This document shows positions 50,623-60,068 of a DNA stretch of 64,000 nt, piece by piece. Under the pieces are notes generated by a model. It did no database searches. It was given only the letters and a program-made list of their open reading frames with translations, and had not been told where the DNA came from. How positions within the stretch are numbered: the first letter of the stretch is position 1; every line of letters starts with the position of its first letter. Source of the stretch: an uncultured Gammaproteobacteria bacterium (lineage in GTDB: Bacteria > Patescibacteriota > Patescibacteriia > UBA1558 > GWA2-36-10); assembly GCA_964515785.1 (NCBI GenBank), contig CAZEWH010000002.1, positions 94,182 to 158,181 of the forward strand. Direction: 5' to 3'. The position numbers were made by a program, and so were the translations under genes.

Positions 50623-51675
50623 TTAACCAAAACTAGAGTCTTTAGTTGATGGTAAAAGTATTTCTTTTAAATTATCTAGATCATCCAAAACTTTTCCAGT
50701 ACCTCGCACCACAGCTGTCAGCGGTTCGTCAGTAATATGAACTGGCATTTTTGTTTCTTGTGATATCAAAGTATCCAAACCACGCAATAAGGCTCCACCA
50801 CCAGTCAACACCAAACCTCTCTCATAAAGATCAGAGACAAGTTCTGGAGGAGTTGTTTCTATGGTGGCTTTGATATTTTCTATAACAAGTTTAATAGGTT
50901 TTATAATAGCCTCTCTGATATTAGAATCTGTAATTTTTATTTGTTTGGGTAAACCAGTCAATAAATCTCGACCACGCATGATAGACTCTAGCGGTTCATC
51001 AAGTGGTAATACAGAAGCAATCTGTATTTTGATCTTTTCGGCAGATCTTTCTCCTAATAAAATATTAAACTTATCACGAGCATATTGGACAATAGCTTCA
51101 TTAAGTTTATCACCAGCTAGTTTTAAAGCTTTCCAAGCTACAACCCCACCAAGTGAAATAACAGCTATCTCAGTCGTACCACCACCAATATCTACAATCA
51201 TACTACCAGAAGCTTCTTGGATTGGTAGGCCAGCCCCTATAGCTGCTGCCATTGGTTCTTCTATCAAGAGTACATCAGAAGCACCAGCTCCTAGTACAGC
51301 ATCTTCTACAGCCTTACGTTCTACTTCTGTGATATCAAGTGGAATAGCAATTACAACTCGTGGTCTAGGTACAAAAGTAAATGACTCACGATGAACTTTT
51401 TCGATAAAATATTTGATCATTTTTTCAGATACCTCAAAATCAGAAATCACACCATCGACTAAAGGTCGGGTAACAGTAATATGCTGAGGTGTCTTACCAA
51501 GCATGATCTTGGCATCTTCACCAACTGCCACTATTTTTTCTGTACGGTTGTTGATAGCAACGACCGAAGGCTCATTGATAATTATTCCCTGGTCTTTAAC
51601 ATAAACCAAGGTATTGGCCGTTCCCAGGTCAATACCTATGTCTTTAGAAAAATTTCGAAAAAATTTACGAATCAT
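50623..51675 (-). CDS. mreB: Rod-shape protein MreB
   Basis: DIGIDLGTANT, VDIGGGTTE, LTGGGALLRG; first gene of mreBCD-mrdA. Confidence 0.97.
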   Translation of the reverse strand: MIRKFFRNFSKDIGIDLGTANTLVYVKDQGIIINEPSVVAINNRTEKIVAVGEDAKIMLGKTPQHITVTRPLVDGVISDFEVSEKMIKYFIEKVHRESFTFVPRPRVVIAIPLDITEVERKAVEDAVLGAGASDVLLIEEPMAAAIGAGLPIQEASGSMIVDIGGGTTEIAVISLGGVVAWKALKLAGDKLNEAIVQYARDKFNILLGERSAEKIKIQIASVLPLDEPLESIMRGRDLLTGLPKQIKITDSNIREAIIKPIKLVIENIKATIETTPPELVSDLYERGLVLTGGGALLRGLDTLISQETKMPVHITDEPLTAVVRGTGKVLDDLDNLKEILLPSTKDSSFG

Positions 51676-52916
51676 TATTTATAAAAATCTTTAAGTTGTT
51701 TAATCCCCTCCTTAATATTTAGATTTTGCTTGCTATGATCTGATCTTTTTGTAATTTCTAGATCTGTTTGTTTATCAGAAACTATCACTTGCCAGCAAAT
51801 ACCGATCAAATCAGCGTCTTTGAGCTTTTTACCAAAAGATATGTCCCGATCATCATATAATACTTCAAAACCAGCCTTTGTTAGCTCTTGATATACTTTA
51901 TCAGCTTCCTTTGTCTTATCATTTTTTGACAAATTTAGCAAATGAATATGATAAGGGGTTGTGCTTTTGGTCCATATTATACCATCTTTGTCATGACTAG
52001 CTTCAACTACAGTTCCCATAGCTCTACCCAAGCCAATGCCGTATGAACCCATAAAAACATCTACTGGTTTACCATCTTTGTTAGTGACTTGCAGCTTCAT
52101 AGCATTTGAGTATTTGGTACCTAGTCTAAAAATATTTCCAGCTTCTACTGTTTTGACTTCTTCTACTTTGGTTTTACATTTAGGACAGGCACCTCCAGCT
52201 TTGACTTTGGCTATCTCAGCGTTTTGAGCCCAGCCACATTTACGACATAAAATAGTCAGATCTTCTCCAGCCTCTGTCTCAACCATAAACTCATGAGAAA
52301 ATTCTTTACTCATTGCTCCACCTGAAGCTTCTACTGAAAAAGCTTCTAAACCAAATCGTTTGAAAATCTTGAGATAAGCATCATGAGCTATTTTATAAAA
52401 ATTATCCAAATCTTCTTGAGTTTCATGAAAACTGTATAAATCTTTCATAGAAAATTCACGACCACGCAAGAGACCAGATTTGGCTCTTTTTTCATTTCTA
52501 AATTTATCTTGAATCTGATAAATATAAACTGGCAGATCTTTGTAGGATTTGATATCTTGTTTGCCAAGTTCTGTAACTACTTCTTCATGAGTGGTTGCTA
52601 AGCCAACATCTGATCCATGACCATCAGCAAATTGATACATGATATCTTGCATTTCATCCCAACGACCTGTTTGATCCCAAAGTTCTTTTGGTTGCAGGGC
52701 TGTCATATTCATTTCTTGACCACCAATAGCATTCATTTCTTCTTGTATGATAGCTTCTATTTTTTTGTAAACTCTCCATCCTAAAGGCAAATAATTATAA
52801 ACTCCGGCCATGTGTTTTGAAATAAAACCAGCTCGAGTTAATAATTCTGCATTTATACTTTTTTCATCTTTGGAAATATCTTTGCGGGTTTTTCCAAATA
52901 GTTTCGATTGTTTCAT
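51675..52916 (-). CDS. proS: Proline--tRNA ligase (short form without INS editing domain)
   Basis: THEE, KFRNEKR..GLLRGREFSMKDLYSF, MGSYGIG, DADLIG. Confidence 0.95.
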   Translation of the reverse strand: MKQSKLFGKTRKDISKDEKSINAELLTRAGFISKHMAGVYNYLPLGWRVYKKIEAIIQEEMNAIGGQEMNMTALQPKELWDQTGRWDEMQDIMYQFADGHGSDVGLATTHEEVVTELGKQDIKSYKDLPVYIYQIQDKFRNEKRAKSGLLRGREFSMKDLYSFHETQEDLDNFYKIAHDAYLKIFKRFGLEAFSVEASGGAMSKEFSHEFMVETEAGEDLTILCRKCGWAQNAEIAKVKAGGACPKCKTKVEEVKTVEAGNIFRLGTKYSNAMKLQVTNKDGKPVDVFMGSYGIGLGRAMGTVVEASHDKDGIIWTKSTTPYHIHLLNLSKNDKTKEADKVYQELTKAGFEVLYDDRDISFGKKLKDADLIGICWQVIVSDKQTDLEITKRSDHSKQNLNIKEGIKQLKDFYK

Positions 52917-52917
52917 A

Positions 52918-53205
52918 TTATTGATTGTTTATAAAATTTAATATTCTTTGCTTTTCTTGCTCTAAAATTTCTCCATCATAGTCACCGCTGTGAGCTGTAG
53001 TTCCAGCATAACAAGCAGCTTTTTGATCTAGATGAATAGAGATTTGCAAACCATCTTTTATATCTCTAAGATAAACATGCAATCGCGGGAATTCGCCACT
53101 AGACAAACGTTTAGCAAAGCTTTCACCTTTTTTTACTAGATGATAACCCAAGCTACGCATTAAAATTATATGGTTTTGATTATTATTTTGAACAACAAAT
53201 TTCAT
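52918..53205 (-). CDS. Small hypothetical protein
   Basis: MRSLGY..FPRLHVY..IHLDQK..HSGDYDG; operonic spacing. Confidence 0.7.
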   Translation of the reverse strand: MKFVVQNNNQNHIILMRSLGYHLVKKGESFAKRLSSGEFPRLHVYLRDIKDGLQISIHLDQKAACYAGTTAHSGDYDGEILEQEKQRILNFINNQ

Positions 53206-53206
53206 A

Positions 53207-54307
53207 CTAAAAAATATTTTTAATTGACTCCCACATTTGACCGCCAAACTTTGTAAAATCTTTATAAGTAATAACGACCAATAATAATATTAATAACAAA
53301 AATCCAGAATTATGAATAATAGCTTCTATTTTTTGATTTAATTTTTTACGACGAACTTTTTCTATTAAAACAAACAACAATCTACCGCCATCCAAAGCTG
53401 GAAAAGGTAAAATATTGATAATACCCAAATTAATAGATAAAATAGCAGCAAAATGTAATACATAAGACCAGCCCATGCGAACAATCTGTCCAGTAATAAC
53501 TGCCACACCTATAGGTCCAGACAAATCAGCTGATACTCCTCCACCAGTCACTAAACTAGCAATCAGTTGATAAAAAGCAACTAATACCAACCAAATCATC
53601 AAACCAGTATACTGTAAACCTTTCCAAATACTAGTAAAAAACCCATAACGAACTATACCAGTATCCATCATACCAATACCAATAATCAAAGAATCATCTT
53701 CTTGAATTTGTGGGGAAACATCAAATTCTAATATTTCATCTTGACGACTAAGCACTATATGTAATGGCTGATCATCAAAAGTTTGAACTTTATTATAAAC
53801 ATCTTCGTTAGTAGTCAATTCTTGATTATCTATAGAAATTATTTTATCACTAACCTTTATACCAGCTTCAGCAGCTGGTGAATCAGGTAAAACTTCAATA
53901 ATCATTACTTGTCGATCAGAAATATCTTTGGCTTGCATATTTGGCTCTAAGGCCTGTGGTAAACCAACAAAAAATCCAATAGATAAAATCACAAAAGCAA
54001 AAGCAAAATTCATCAGCACACCAGCTGATAAAACCAATGATCTTTTCCATACTTTTTGATTGGCAAAACTACGTTTATCAGCTGGATCAGCTTCAGTCTC
54101 GCCTTTTATTTTTACATAACCGCCTACAGGGATTAGATTTATTGAATATACTACGCCCTTACGTTTTATAGAAATCAAGCGTGGCGGAAAGCCTATAGCA
54201 AATTCTTCAACATCGATCCCCAATTTTATGGCGGAAATAAAATGACCTAGTTCATGCACTAGAATCAAAAGACCTAATATTACAACAAAGGCTATAATTG
54301 TTATCAT
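53207..54307 (-). CDS. rseP: RIP metalloprotease RseP (M50, PDZ)
   Basis: HELGH, AGVLMN, SPAAEAGI, NILPFPALDGG. Confidence 0.96.
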   Translation of the reverse strand: MITIIAFVVILGLLILVHELGHFISAIKLGIDVEEFAIGFPPRLISIKRKGVVYSINLIPVGGYVKIKGETEADPADKRSFANQKVWKRSLVLSAGVLMNFAFAFVILSIGFFVGLPQALEPNMQAKDISDRQVMIIEVLPDSPAAEAGIKVSDKIISIDNQELTTNEDVYNKVQTFDDQPLHIVLSRQDEILEFDVSPQIQEDDSLIIGIGMMDTGIVRYGFFTSIWKGLQYTGLMIWLVLVAFYQLIASLVTGGGVSADLSGPIGVAVITGQIVRMGWSYVLHFAAILSINLGIINILPFPALDGGRLLFVLIEKVRRKKLNQKIEAIIHNSGFLLLILLLVVITYKDFTKFGGQMWESIKNIF

Positions 54308-54311
54308 AAAT

Positions 54312-54863
54312 TTATATTGTCATTATTTCTTTCTCTTTATTATCGCAAACTTCTTTCAATTTTTCGTTGTATTCTTTTGTTAGTTCGTCTAGATTTTTCA
54401 GATCTTGAAACTTTTCATCTTCTGAGATTTCTTTATTTTTTTCTAAAGTAATAATCTCATCTTTAATTTTATCTCTCTGACCACGCAAAGCAATTCTAGA
54501 CTCTTCTAATTTTTTGTGTAAAATTTTGACCAATTCTTTACGACTTTCCTCTGTCAATGGTGGAAAATTTAGACGAAGCAAATCTCCATCTACTACAGGA
54601 TTTACATTTAGGTCAGAATTTTGTAGAGCTTTGTCTATGTCTTTTATAATGCTCTTGTCCCAAGGTTTTATAGCAATGCTGTGTGGCTCAGGACTTGTAA
54701 TAGAAGCCAATTGCACCAATTCAGTAAATGTCCCGTATGATTCTATCTTTATACTTTCTACTATACTGGGAGATACTCTGCCAGTTCGTAGAGAGCCAAT
54801 ATCCTGTTTGAAAAAATCTAATGTTTTTTCATATTGATCTTTATGATCATCAATATTACTCAT
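54312..54863 (-). CDS. frr: Ribosome recycling factor
   Basis: LRTGR, PPLTEESRKEL, KEKEIM. Confidence 0.97.
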   Translation of the reverse strand: MSNIDDHKDQYEKTLDFFKQDIGSLRTGRVSPSIVESIKIESYGTFTELVQLASITSPEPHSIAIKPWDKSIIKDIDKALQNSDLNVNPVVDGDLLRLNFPPLTEESRKELVKILHKKLEESRIALRGQRDKIKDEIITLEKNKEISEDEKFQDLKNLDELTKEYNEKLKEVCDNKEKEIMTI

Positions 54864-54876
54864 AAATTTAAATTAA

Positions 54877-55986
54877 TTATTGTTGAATAAGATAAGCACC
54901 TAAATACAAATATTTATTATCAGGTGAAAAATTTAATAACCAAGCATTGTGGGCTGTTGGTAGATTATTTATTGCCCAAGAAACTCCGCCATCTACAGAA
55001 TGATAAATAGCTTGACTAGTACCATAAAATATTTCATTACTATTTTGAGGATTGACCAAAACTGAATAAATAACTTCTTGAGCTTTAGGGGTCAATAATT
55101 TGACTTGAGTCCAAAGATTACCGTCTATCAAACGAAACATACCAAATCTATTTATTAAGATAACACCATCTGGTACACTTTTATCCGATTCAAAGGCTAA
55201 AATATCATTGGCATTTTTTAAATCTTTAAGAGCTCTAAAATCTGTTTCTTCTAATTCTGCTTCATCAAAAGGTAATTCCATCAAACTTTTCCAATTATCA
55301 CCACCATCAGGACTACGAAAAATACCATTTTTTTTGGTACTCATATAAACAACATTACTATCAGAGTGATTTTGAACAAATAGATTTTTGATACCACTAG
55401 GCAAACGAATTGTCACATACCAAGAAGCACCATTGTCGGTACTCTTCAAAAAACTACCAGCTGAATTCCCAGCCAAAACAACATTTGGTTCAGAATGTTT
55501 GATATCTAAAGTAGTAATAAATATACTAGGGTTACCAGCTGTACCTGTTTCAAAATAAACCTGTTTCCAAGAACGGGCACAATCTTCTGTTTTATAAATT
55601 GAATTATGCACAGCAGCATAAATTGTACAACGATAACGTGGATGGACTACAATATCATTTACCGTTCCTTTACCAATCAAGGTCCTAAACCAAGCTTGGC
55701 CATAATTGTAGCTATAGAAAATACCATCATGCTGACTACCAAGATAAACAACTGCTGGATCATTGGCTTCAAAAGCCATAGATGTTATATTTGATCCACT
55801 AAAATTTTGTTCTTGACCTCCTGGTGTATAGACAGTGGTCGTATGTTCCCAATTAGTACCAGAATCAGGACTACGAAAAATACCACCAGATGAACCAATA
55901 TTACCTGTTTTCTTAAAACTAATACAACCAGATAAAATCAATGGCAGAATGACTAAAAAAATAAAAGATTTTTTAAAATTTTGCAT
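54877..55986 (-). CDS. BNR/Asp-box beta-propeller lipoprotein (YCF48/sortilin-like)
   Basis: Lipobox LSGC; repeated SxDxGxxW boxes. Confidence 0.85.
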   Translation of the reverse strand: MQNFKKSFIFLVILPLILSGCISFKKTGNIGSSGGIFRSPDSGTNWEHTTTVYTPGGQEQNFSGSNITSMAFEANDPAVVYLGSQHDGIFYSYNYGQAWFRTLIGKGTVNDIVVHPRYRCTIYAAVHNSIYKTEDCARSWKQVYFETGTAGNPSIFITTLDIKHSEPNVVLAGNSAGSFLKSTDNGASWYVTIRLPSGIKNLFVQNHSDSNVVYMSTKKNGIFRSPDGGDNWKSLMELPFDEAELEETDFRALKDLKNANDILAFESDKSVPDGVILINRFGMFRLIDGNLWTQVKLLTPKAQEVIYSVLVNPQNSNEIFYGTSQAIYHSVDGGVSWAINNLPTAHNAWLLNFSPDNKYLYLGAYLIQQ

Positions 55987-55990
55987 ATTT

Positions 55991-56995
55991 TTATTTTACA
56001 CTTAAAAGTAGATTTTCCCACAATAATTGTGGAGACACATTTTTTCTTAATTTTTGTTTTATGTTATTAATAGCTAATAAATTATTTAATAATTTTTCTT
56101 GCGTAAAATTTTGACTTAAAATCTGCAGCTCTGATAAATAAATCTGGTTGACTACAGGTCTATCTAGCTTTAACCACAACATATCTCGTAAAAAAACTTC
56201 AAATAAATCAAGATATTGTTTTGTCAGATTACCTAACTCATAAATTTTAAAACTAGGATATTCTTTTTTCAAAACATTGAACCATTTGTCGATAGTCTGC
56301 ATATAATGCCAAGTGTCGCTAGATAATAATTTTATAATAAAATTACAATTTTTCTTAAAACTAGCTAACTCATCTTCCATAAGTCCCAAAGCAATACCAG
56401 GTTTACCAAATGACAAATTAATAATAGTTTGTTTTTCGTCTTGAGAAAATTTAAAATTTTCAAGCCAATCTTCCATATTTTGTCGAGCCAATGATTTGAA
56501 CTTGAGCAATTGACAACGAGAAATAACAGTAGATGGTAAGTTGACTATACTATCTGCTACCAAAATAATAGAAGTATTACGGGGTGGTTCTTCTAGAGTC
56601 TTAAGAAGAGCATTGGCACCATGTAAATTAATCTTGTCTATACCATAAATAATAGCTAATTTTTTTTGACCTGATACATGTGACAAAGACAATTTGTGTA
56701 AAAATTCTCTAATACTTTCTACTGACAGTTCACCTTCTCTGGATCCTAGAGTATGTAAATCTAAAAAAGTTTTTTTGTCTATCAATCTACAATGATAACA
56801 TTTATTACATGGGCGGATTTTAGGATCTTGGCAAAACAGGCTTTTGGCAAAATATTTGGCTGCTAATTTTTTACCTAAACCTCGTGCTCCATAAAACAAA
56901 TAAGTATTGGCTAATTTGTCATTTATTATAGCTTGCTGCAAAAATTGGAGCTGGTTTTGGTGACCATAAATTGGCCATTCAAATTTGTATGACAT
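55991..56995 (-). CDS. holB: DNA polymerase III delta-prime
   Basis: YLFYGARGLGK, Cys cluster, ANALLKTLEEPP, TVISRCQ. Confidence 0.9.
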   Translation of the reverse strand: MSYKFEWPIYGHQNQLQFLQQAIINDKLANTYLFYGARGLGKKLAAKYFAKSLFCQDPKIRPCNKCYHCRLIDKKTFLDLHTLGSREGELSVESIREFLHKLSLSHVSGQKKLAIIYGIDKINLHGANALLKTLEEPPRNTSIILVADSIVNLPSTVISRCQLLKFKSLARQNMEDWLENFKFSQDEKQTIINLSFGKPGIALGLMEDELASFKKNCNFIIKLLSSDTWHYMQTIDKWFNVLKKEYPSFKIYELGNLTKQYLDLFEVFLRDMLWLKLDRPVVNQIYLSELQILSQNFTQEKLLNNLLAINNIKQKLRKNVSPQLLWENLLLSVK

Positions 56996-57049
56996 TATCT
57001 ATAAAATACCATTTTTAAGACTAAAAATCAATATTAATTATTTTAATCC

Positions 57050-57078
57050 TTGACAAAATATAAAATATATGCTATAAT
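57050..57078 (+). promoter_or_regulatory. Consensus sigma70 promoter
   Basis: TTGACA-17bp-TATAAT with TG extension. Confidence 0.85.
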
Positions 57079-57122
57079 ACTATAATTCATTGTTCCTAAT
57101 CCCTTGTATTTGGAGGTCTAAA

Positions 57123-57485
57123 ATGTATTACACGGATCTAATTTCCAGGTCAACTCCTGACCTGGCGAGCCGTGCACACACCATCGAGATCATGCTGCGT
57201 CATACCAACGAGACGCCCAACTGGATCCTGCGTTTCCTGATTGTGAGCTGGTGGCCCTACTGGCTTGATGAGATGCATTCTCATTACCAGGGCAATGACT
57301 GGGCCACTCAGATGGGACAACGCATCCTAGAGCAGAGCCCAAGCTATCGGGACCTATGTTTTGTCAAGAAGCACATTCCGCCTCTGGCCGAACAAGCCAT
57401 CCTCATGATCCTGGGACAGCACAGTCCTGGCTCTTTCCAGCGTCAGCTCTTGACCAAGGAACTGCGTCGCCTGCGAGCGACTTAG
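57123..57485 (+). CDS. GC-rich orphan protein (cassette-type gene)
   Basis: SD GGAGGT; 33/60 G+C in 57181-57240; terminator at 57487-57522. Confidence 0.75.
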   Translation: MYYTDLISRSTPDLASRAHTIEIMLRHTNETPNWILRFLIVSWWPYWLDEMHSHYQGNDWATQMGQRILEQSPSYRDLCFVKKHIPPLAEQAILMILGQHSPGSFQRQLLTKELRRLRAT

Positions 57486-57521
57486 TAAAACCCCCTCTTC
57501 ATCTCGAAGAGGGGGAATTTT

Positions 57522-57923
57522 TTATTTAAGTTGTTTATCCAGTGCTTTATTGACTAAAGCATCAGCCTGAGTATTCTTTTCACGCCTGACATGATTGAAA
57601 GTTACTTTGTCAAACTTATGAGTCAAATTATATGCTTTGACAAATAATTTTTGCAAAACAGGTTCTTTGATCTTCCAATTTTTATTTACTTGTTCAACAA
57701 CAAGCTTGCTATCAAGATAGCAATCAAGTTTTTTTATTTTATGTTTAATAGCTAATTTGAGTCCAGCAATAATTGCTTCGTATTCTGCTTGATTATTTGT
57801 AGCTTCACCAATATATTCTGAAAACTCGGCAATCAGTTTGTCGCTATCAAATAAAACACCACCAATACCAGCTGGTCCTGGATTATTACGAGCTCCTCCG
57901 TCTGTATATAATTTATGACTCAT
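57522..57923 (-). CDS. rnhA: Ribonuclease HI (archaeal/actinobacterial-like)
   Basis: YTDGGARNNPGPAG, TNNQAEY, DSKLVV, HVRREKN..ADALVN. Confidence 0.95.
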   Translation of the reverse strand: MSHKLYTDGGARNNPGPAGIGGVLFDSDKLIAEFSEYIGEATNNQAEYEAIIAGLKLAIKHKIKKLDCYLDSKLVVEQVNKNWKIKEPVLQKLFVKAYNLTHKFDKVTFNHVRREKNTQADALVNKALDKQLK

Positions 57924-59613
57924 ATTGTTTTATATCTTTAATCATTAACTGAATCTCTCGATTTCCATTCCATTGATTGATACTTAAATTATACACTATA
58001 TCTACCTTATCGCCTACAGATAAGTCTCTATCTGCCATACCAAAAGCAATGGCAGCTATTTTTTTGTCTGCTTTAGTAAATTCCATTTTTAAGTGAGTCT
58101 GATCTTTACCTACTTTTCGTAAAGCAGAAATACTGACAGCTTTTGATACAAACAACGGCTCTTCATTGTCTTTACCAAATGGCGAAAATTTATCTACAAC
58201 ATCAGCCAAATCCCAATTTATATCTTCAAAATTAACTTGCATCTCTATATCTAGAGTTTTTTGAAATTTTTGATTTTTTAATTTCTGATTAGCAATATCT
58301 TGAATTTTAGTCTTGAATTCTTCAAGATTGCTTGGATCAATAGTAAAACCACAAGCTTGGGGATGACCACCGTATTTTATCAACAAATCTTCATTGCTTT
58401 GTAAGGCATCTGTGATATTAAAACCTTCGATACTTCGTCCAGAACCTACTATTTGATCATTATTATCTGTCAGTACAAAAACTGGCCGAGAATAATCTCT
58501 AGAGAGTCTACCAGCTACTAGACCTGTCAAACCAGCTGGCCAGCCTGATTTATAAAATATTAATAAACTTTGTTGAGTGTCTATCTCAAATTCTTTAGCT
58601 TCTCTAATAATCTGCTCTGTAAGACGTTGTCTGGCTAGATTACTATTATTTAACTCTATAGCTTCTTTCATAGCTTCTGATTCATCTTCTTGCATCAACA
58701 AATAATAAGCCAAATTAGCATGATCCATACGACCAGCAGCATTGATACGCGGAGCAATAGTAAAACCAATACTACGAGCGTCTATTTTATCTGGATCCAA
58801 TTTGGCTACTTCAAGTAATTTTTGTAAACCAATCCTTTTTGTTTTTTTCAAAACAACTAAACCAAATTTGACTAAAGTCCTGTTTTCTCCTAATAAAGGC
58901 ACCATATCAGCTACAGTAGAGATAGCTACCATGTCTAAAAGCCATTTTTCTTGTTTTTCTTTGTCTTGATCATCTAGTTTATTGCTTTTATGATGAAGTA
59001 AGCCTTGAGCCAATTTAAAAGCCACTCCTCCACCAGCTAAAAATTTGAAAGGATATTTTTCATCCACTTGCGGATGGATAATGGCTGCTGCTTCTGGTAA
59101 TTTGTCCAAAGCTGCATGATGATCTGTAATTATTACTTTTATATCTTTTTCTTTGGCAAATTCTACTTCTTCTATATTCGTTACGCCGCAATCACAGGTA
59201 ATTATTAATTTTGTATTATTTTTTGATAATTCTTCGATAGCTTTAATATTTAGACCATAACCTTCTCTTTCCCGATGAGGTAAATAAACTTCTACTGTAG
59301 CTCCTAATTTTTTGAGTATAGTAGCTAAAATTACAGCTGAAGATACTCCGTCAGCGTCATAGTCTCCATAGACTGTAATAAGCTGATTATTTTCTATAGC
59401 TTGGTAAATTTGCTGACAAGCTTTGTCCATGTCAGAAAATAAAAATGGATCATGAATATCCTGACCATAATCAGGATGTAAAAACTCGTCTATTTGTTCT
59501 TGAGTTTTTAAATTTCTATTAAATAAAAGCTGGGCTACAATAGGATGTAACTCAGGATAAAGATCTAGAGTCTCTTGTTTTATTTTATCTGGAGTTTTCC
59601 ACAAATACGACAT
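57913..59613 (-). CDS. recJ: ssDNA exonuclease RecJ
   Basis: YGDYDADG, ITCDCG, TDHH, PRINAAGR, GSGRS, GGH. Confidence 0.98.
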   Translation of the reverse strand: MSYLWKTPDKIKQETLDLYPELHPIVAQLLFNRNLKTQEQIDEFLHPDYGQDIHDPFLFSDMDKACQQIYQAIENNQLITVYGDYDADGVSSAVILATILKKLGATVEVYLPHREREGYGLNIKAIEELSKNNTKLIITCDCGVTNIEEVEFAKEKDIKVIITDHHAALDKLPEAAAIIHPQVDEKYPFKFLAGGGVAFKLAQGLLHHKSNKLDDQDKEKQEKWLLDMVAISTVADMVPLLGENRTLVKFGLVVLKKTKRIGLQKLLEVAKLDPDKIDARSIGFTIAPRINAAGRMDHANLAYYLLMQEDESEAMKEAIELNNSNLARQRLTEQIIREAKEFEIDTQQSLLIFYKSGWPAGLTGLVAGRLSRDYSRPVFVLTDNNDQIVGSGRSIEGFNITDALQSNEDLLIKYGGHPQACGFTIDPSNLEEFKTKIQDIANQKLKNQKFQKTLDIEMQVNFEDINWDLADVVDKFSPFGKDNEEPLFVSKAVSISALRKVGKDQTHLKMEFTKADKKIAAIAFGMADRDLSVGDKVDIVYNLSINQWNGNREIQLMIKDIKQYES

Positions 59614-59666
59614 AAAAATAAACCACTAATAGTGTGGTTTATTTTAGCAGTATTTTGTTATTTTGA

Positions 59667-60068
59667 CTACTTTACTTTAACAACCTTAACTTTGACTGGT
59701 TTGTTGCCTGTTTTTCGAGCTTTGTTTGGATCTAATTCTAACTTAAACTTTTGTTTAATTTTCTTTTTATTTGTTTCTTTAACTGATTTTTTACTAGGTA
59801 CGTGATATTTATCTTTTGGTTTACGAGCTGTAGGGTGTGATAATTCTACCAATAAAAACAATAAACCTAGAGCCAATAAAATCAAACCAGCCAAAACTAT
59901 CCAAAAATAAAAATTTCCAAAATTAAAAAAAGAATAAATATCAGTATTAGCTGTCATATTATTGTATTGTTGTTGAATATCTCCCAAACGATTATTAAGT
60001 TCACCAAGTTTGGCTTCAGACTCAACTAAATTATTCATTACTTCAGTTGTAGTGCTTATGTCAGGCAT
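59667..60068 (-). CDS. Single-TM hypothetical protein with basic tail
   Basis: Coiled coil, TM, Lys-rich C-terminus. Confidence 0.65.
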   Translation of the reverse strand: MPDISTTTEVMNNLVESEAKLGELNNRLGDIQQQYNNMTANTDIYSFFNFGNFYFWIVLAGLILLALGLLFLLVELSHPTARKPKDKYHVPSKKSVKETNKKKIKQKFKLELDPNKARKTGNKPVKVKVVKVK

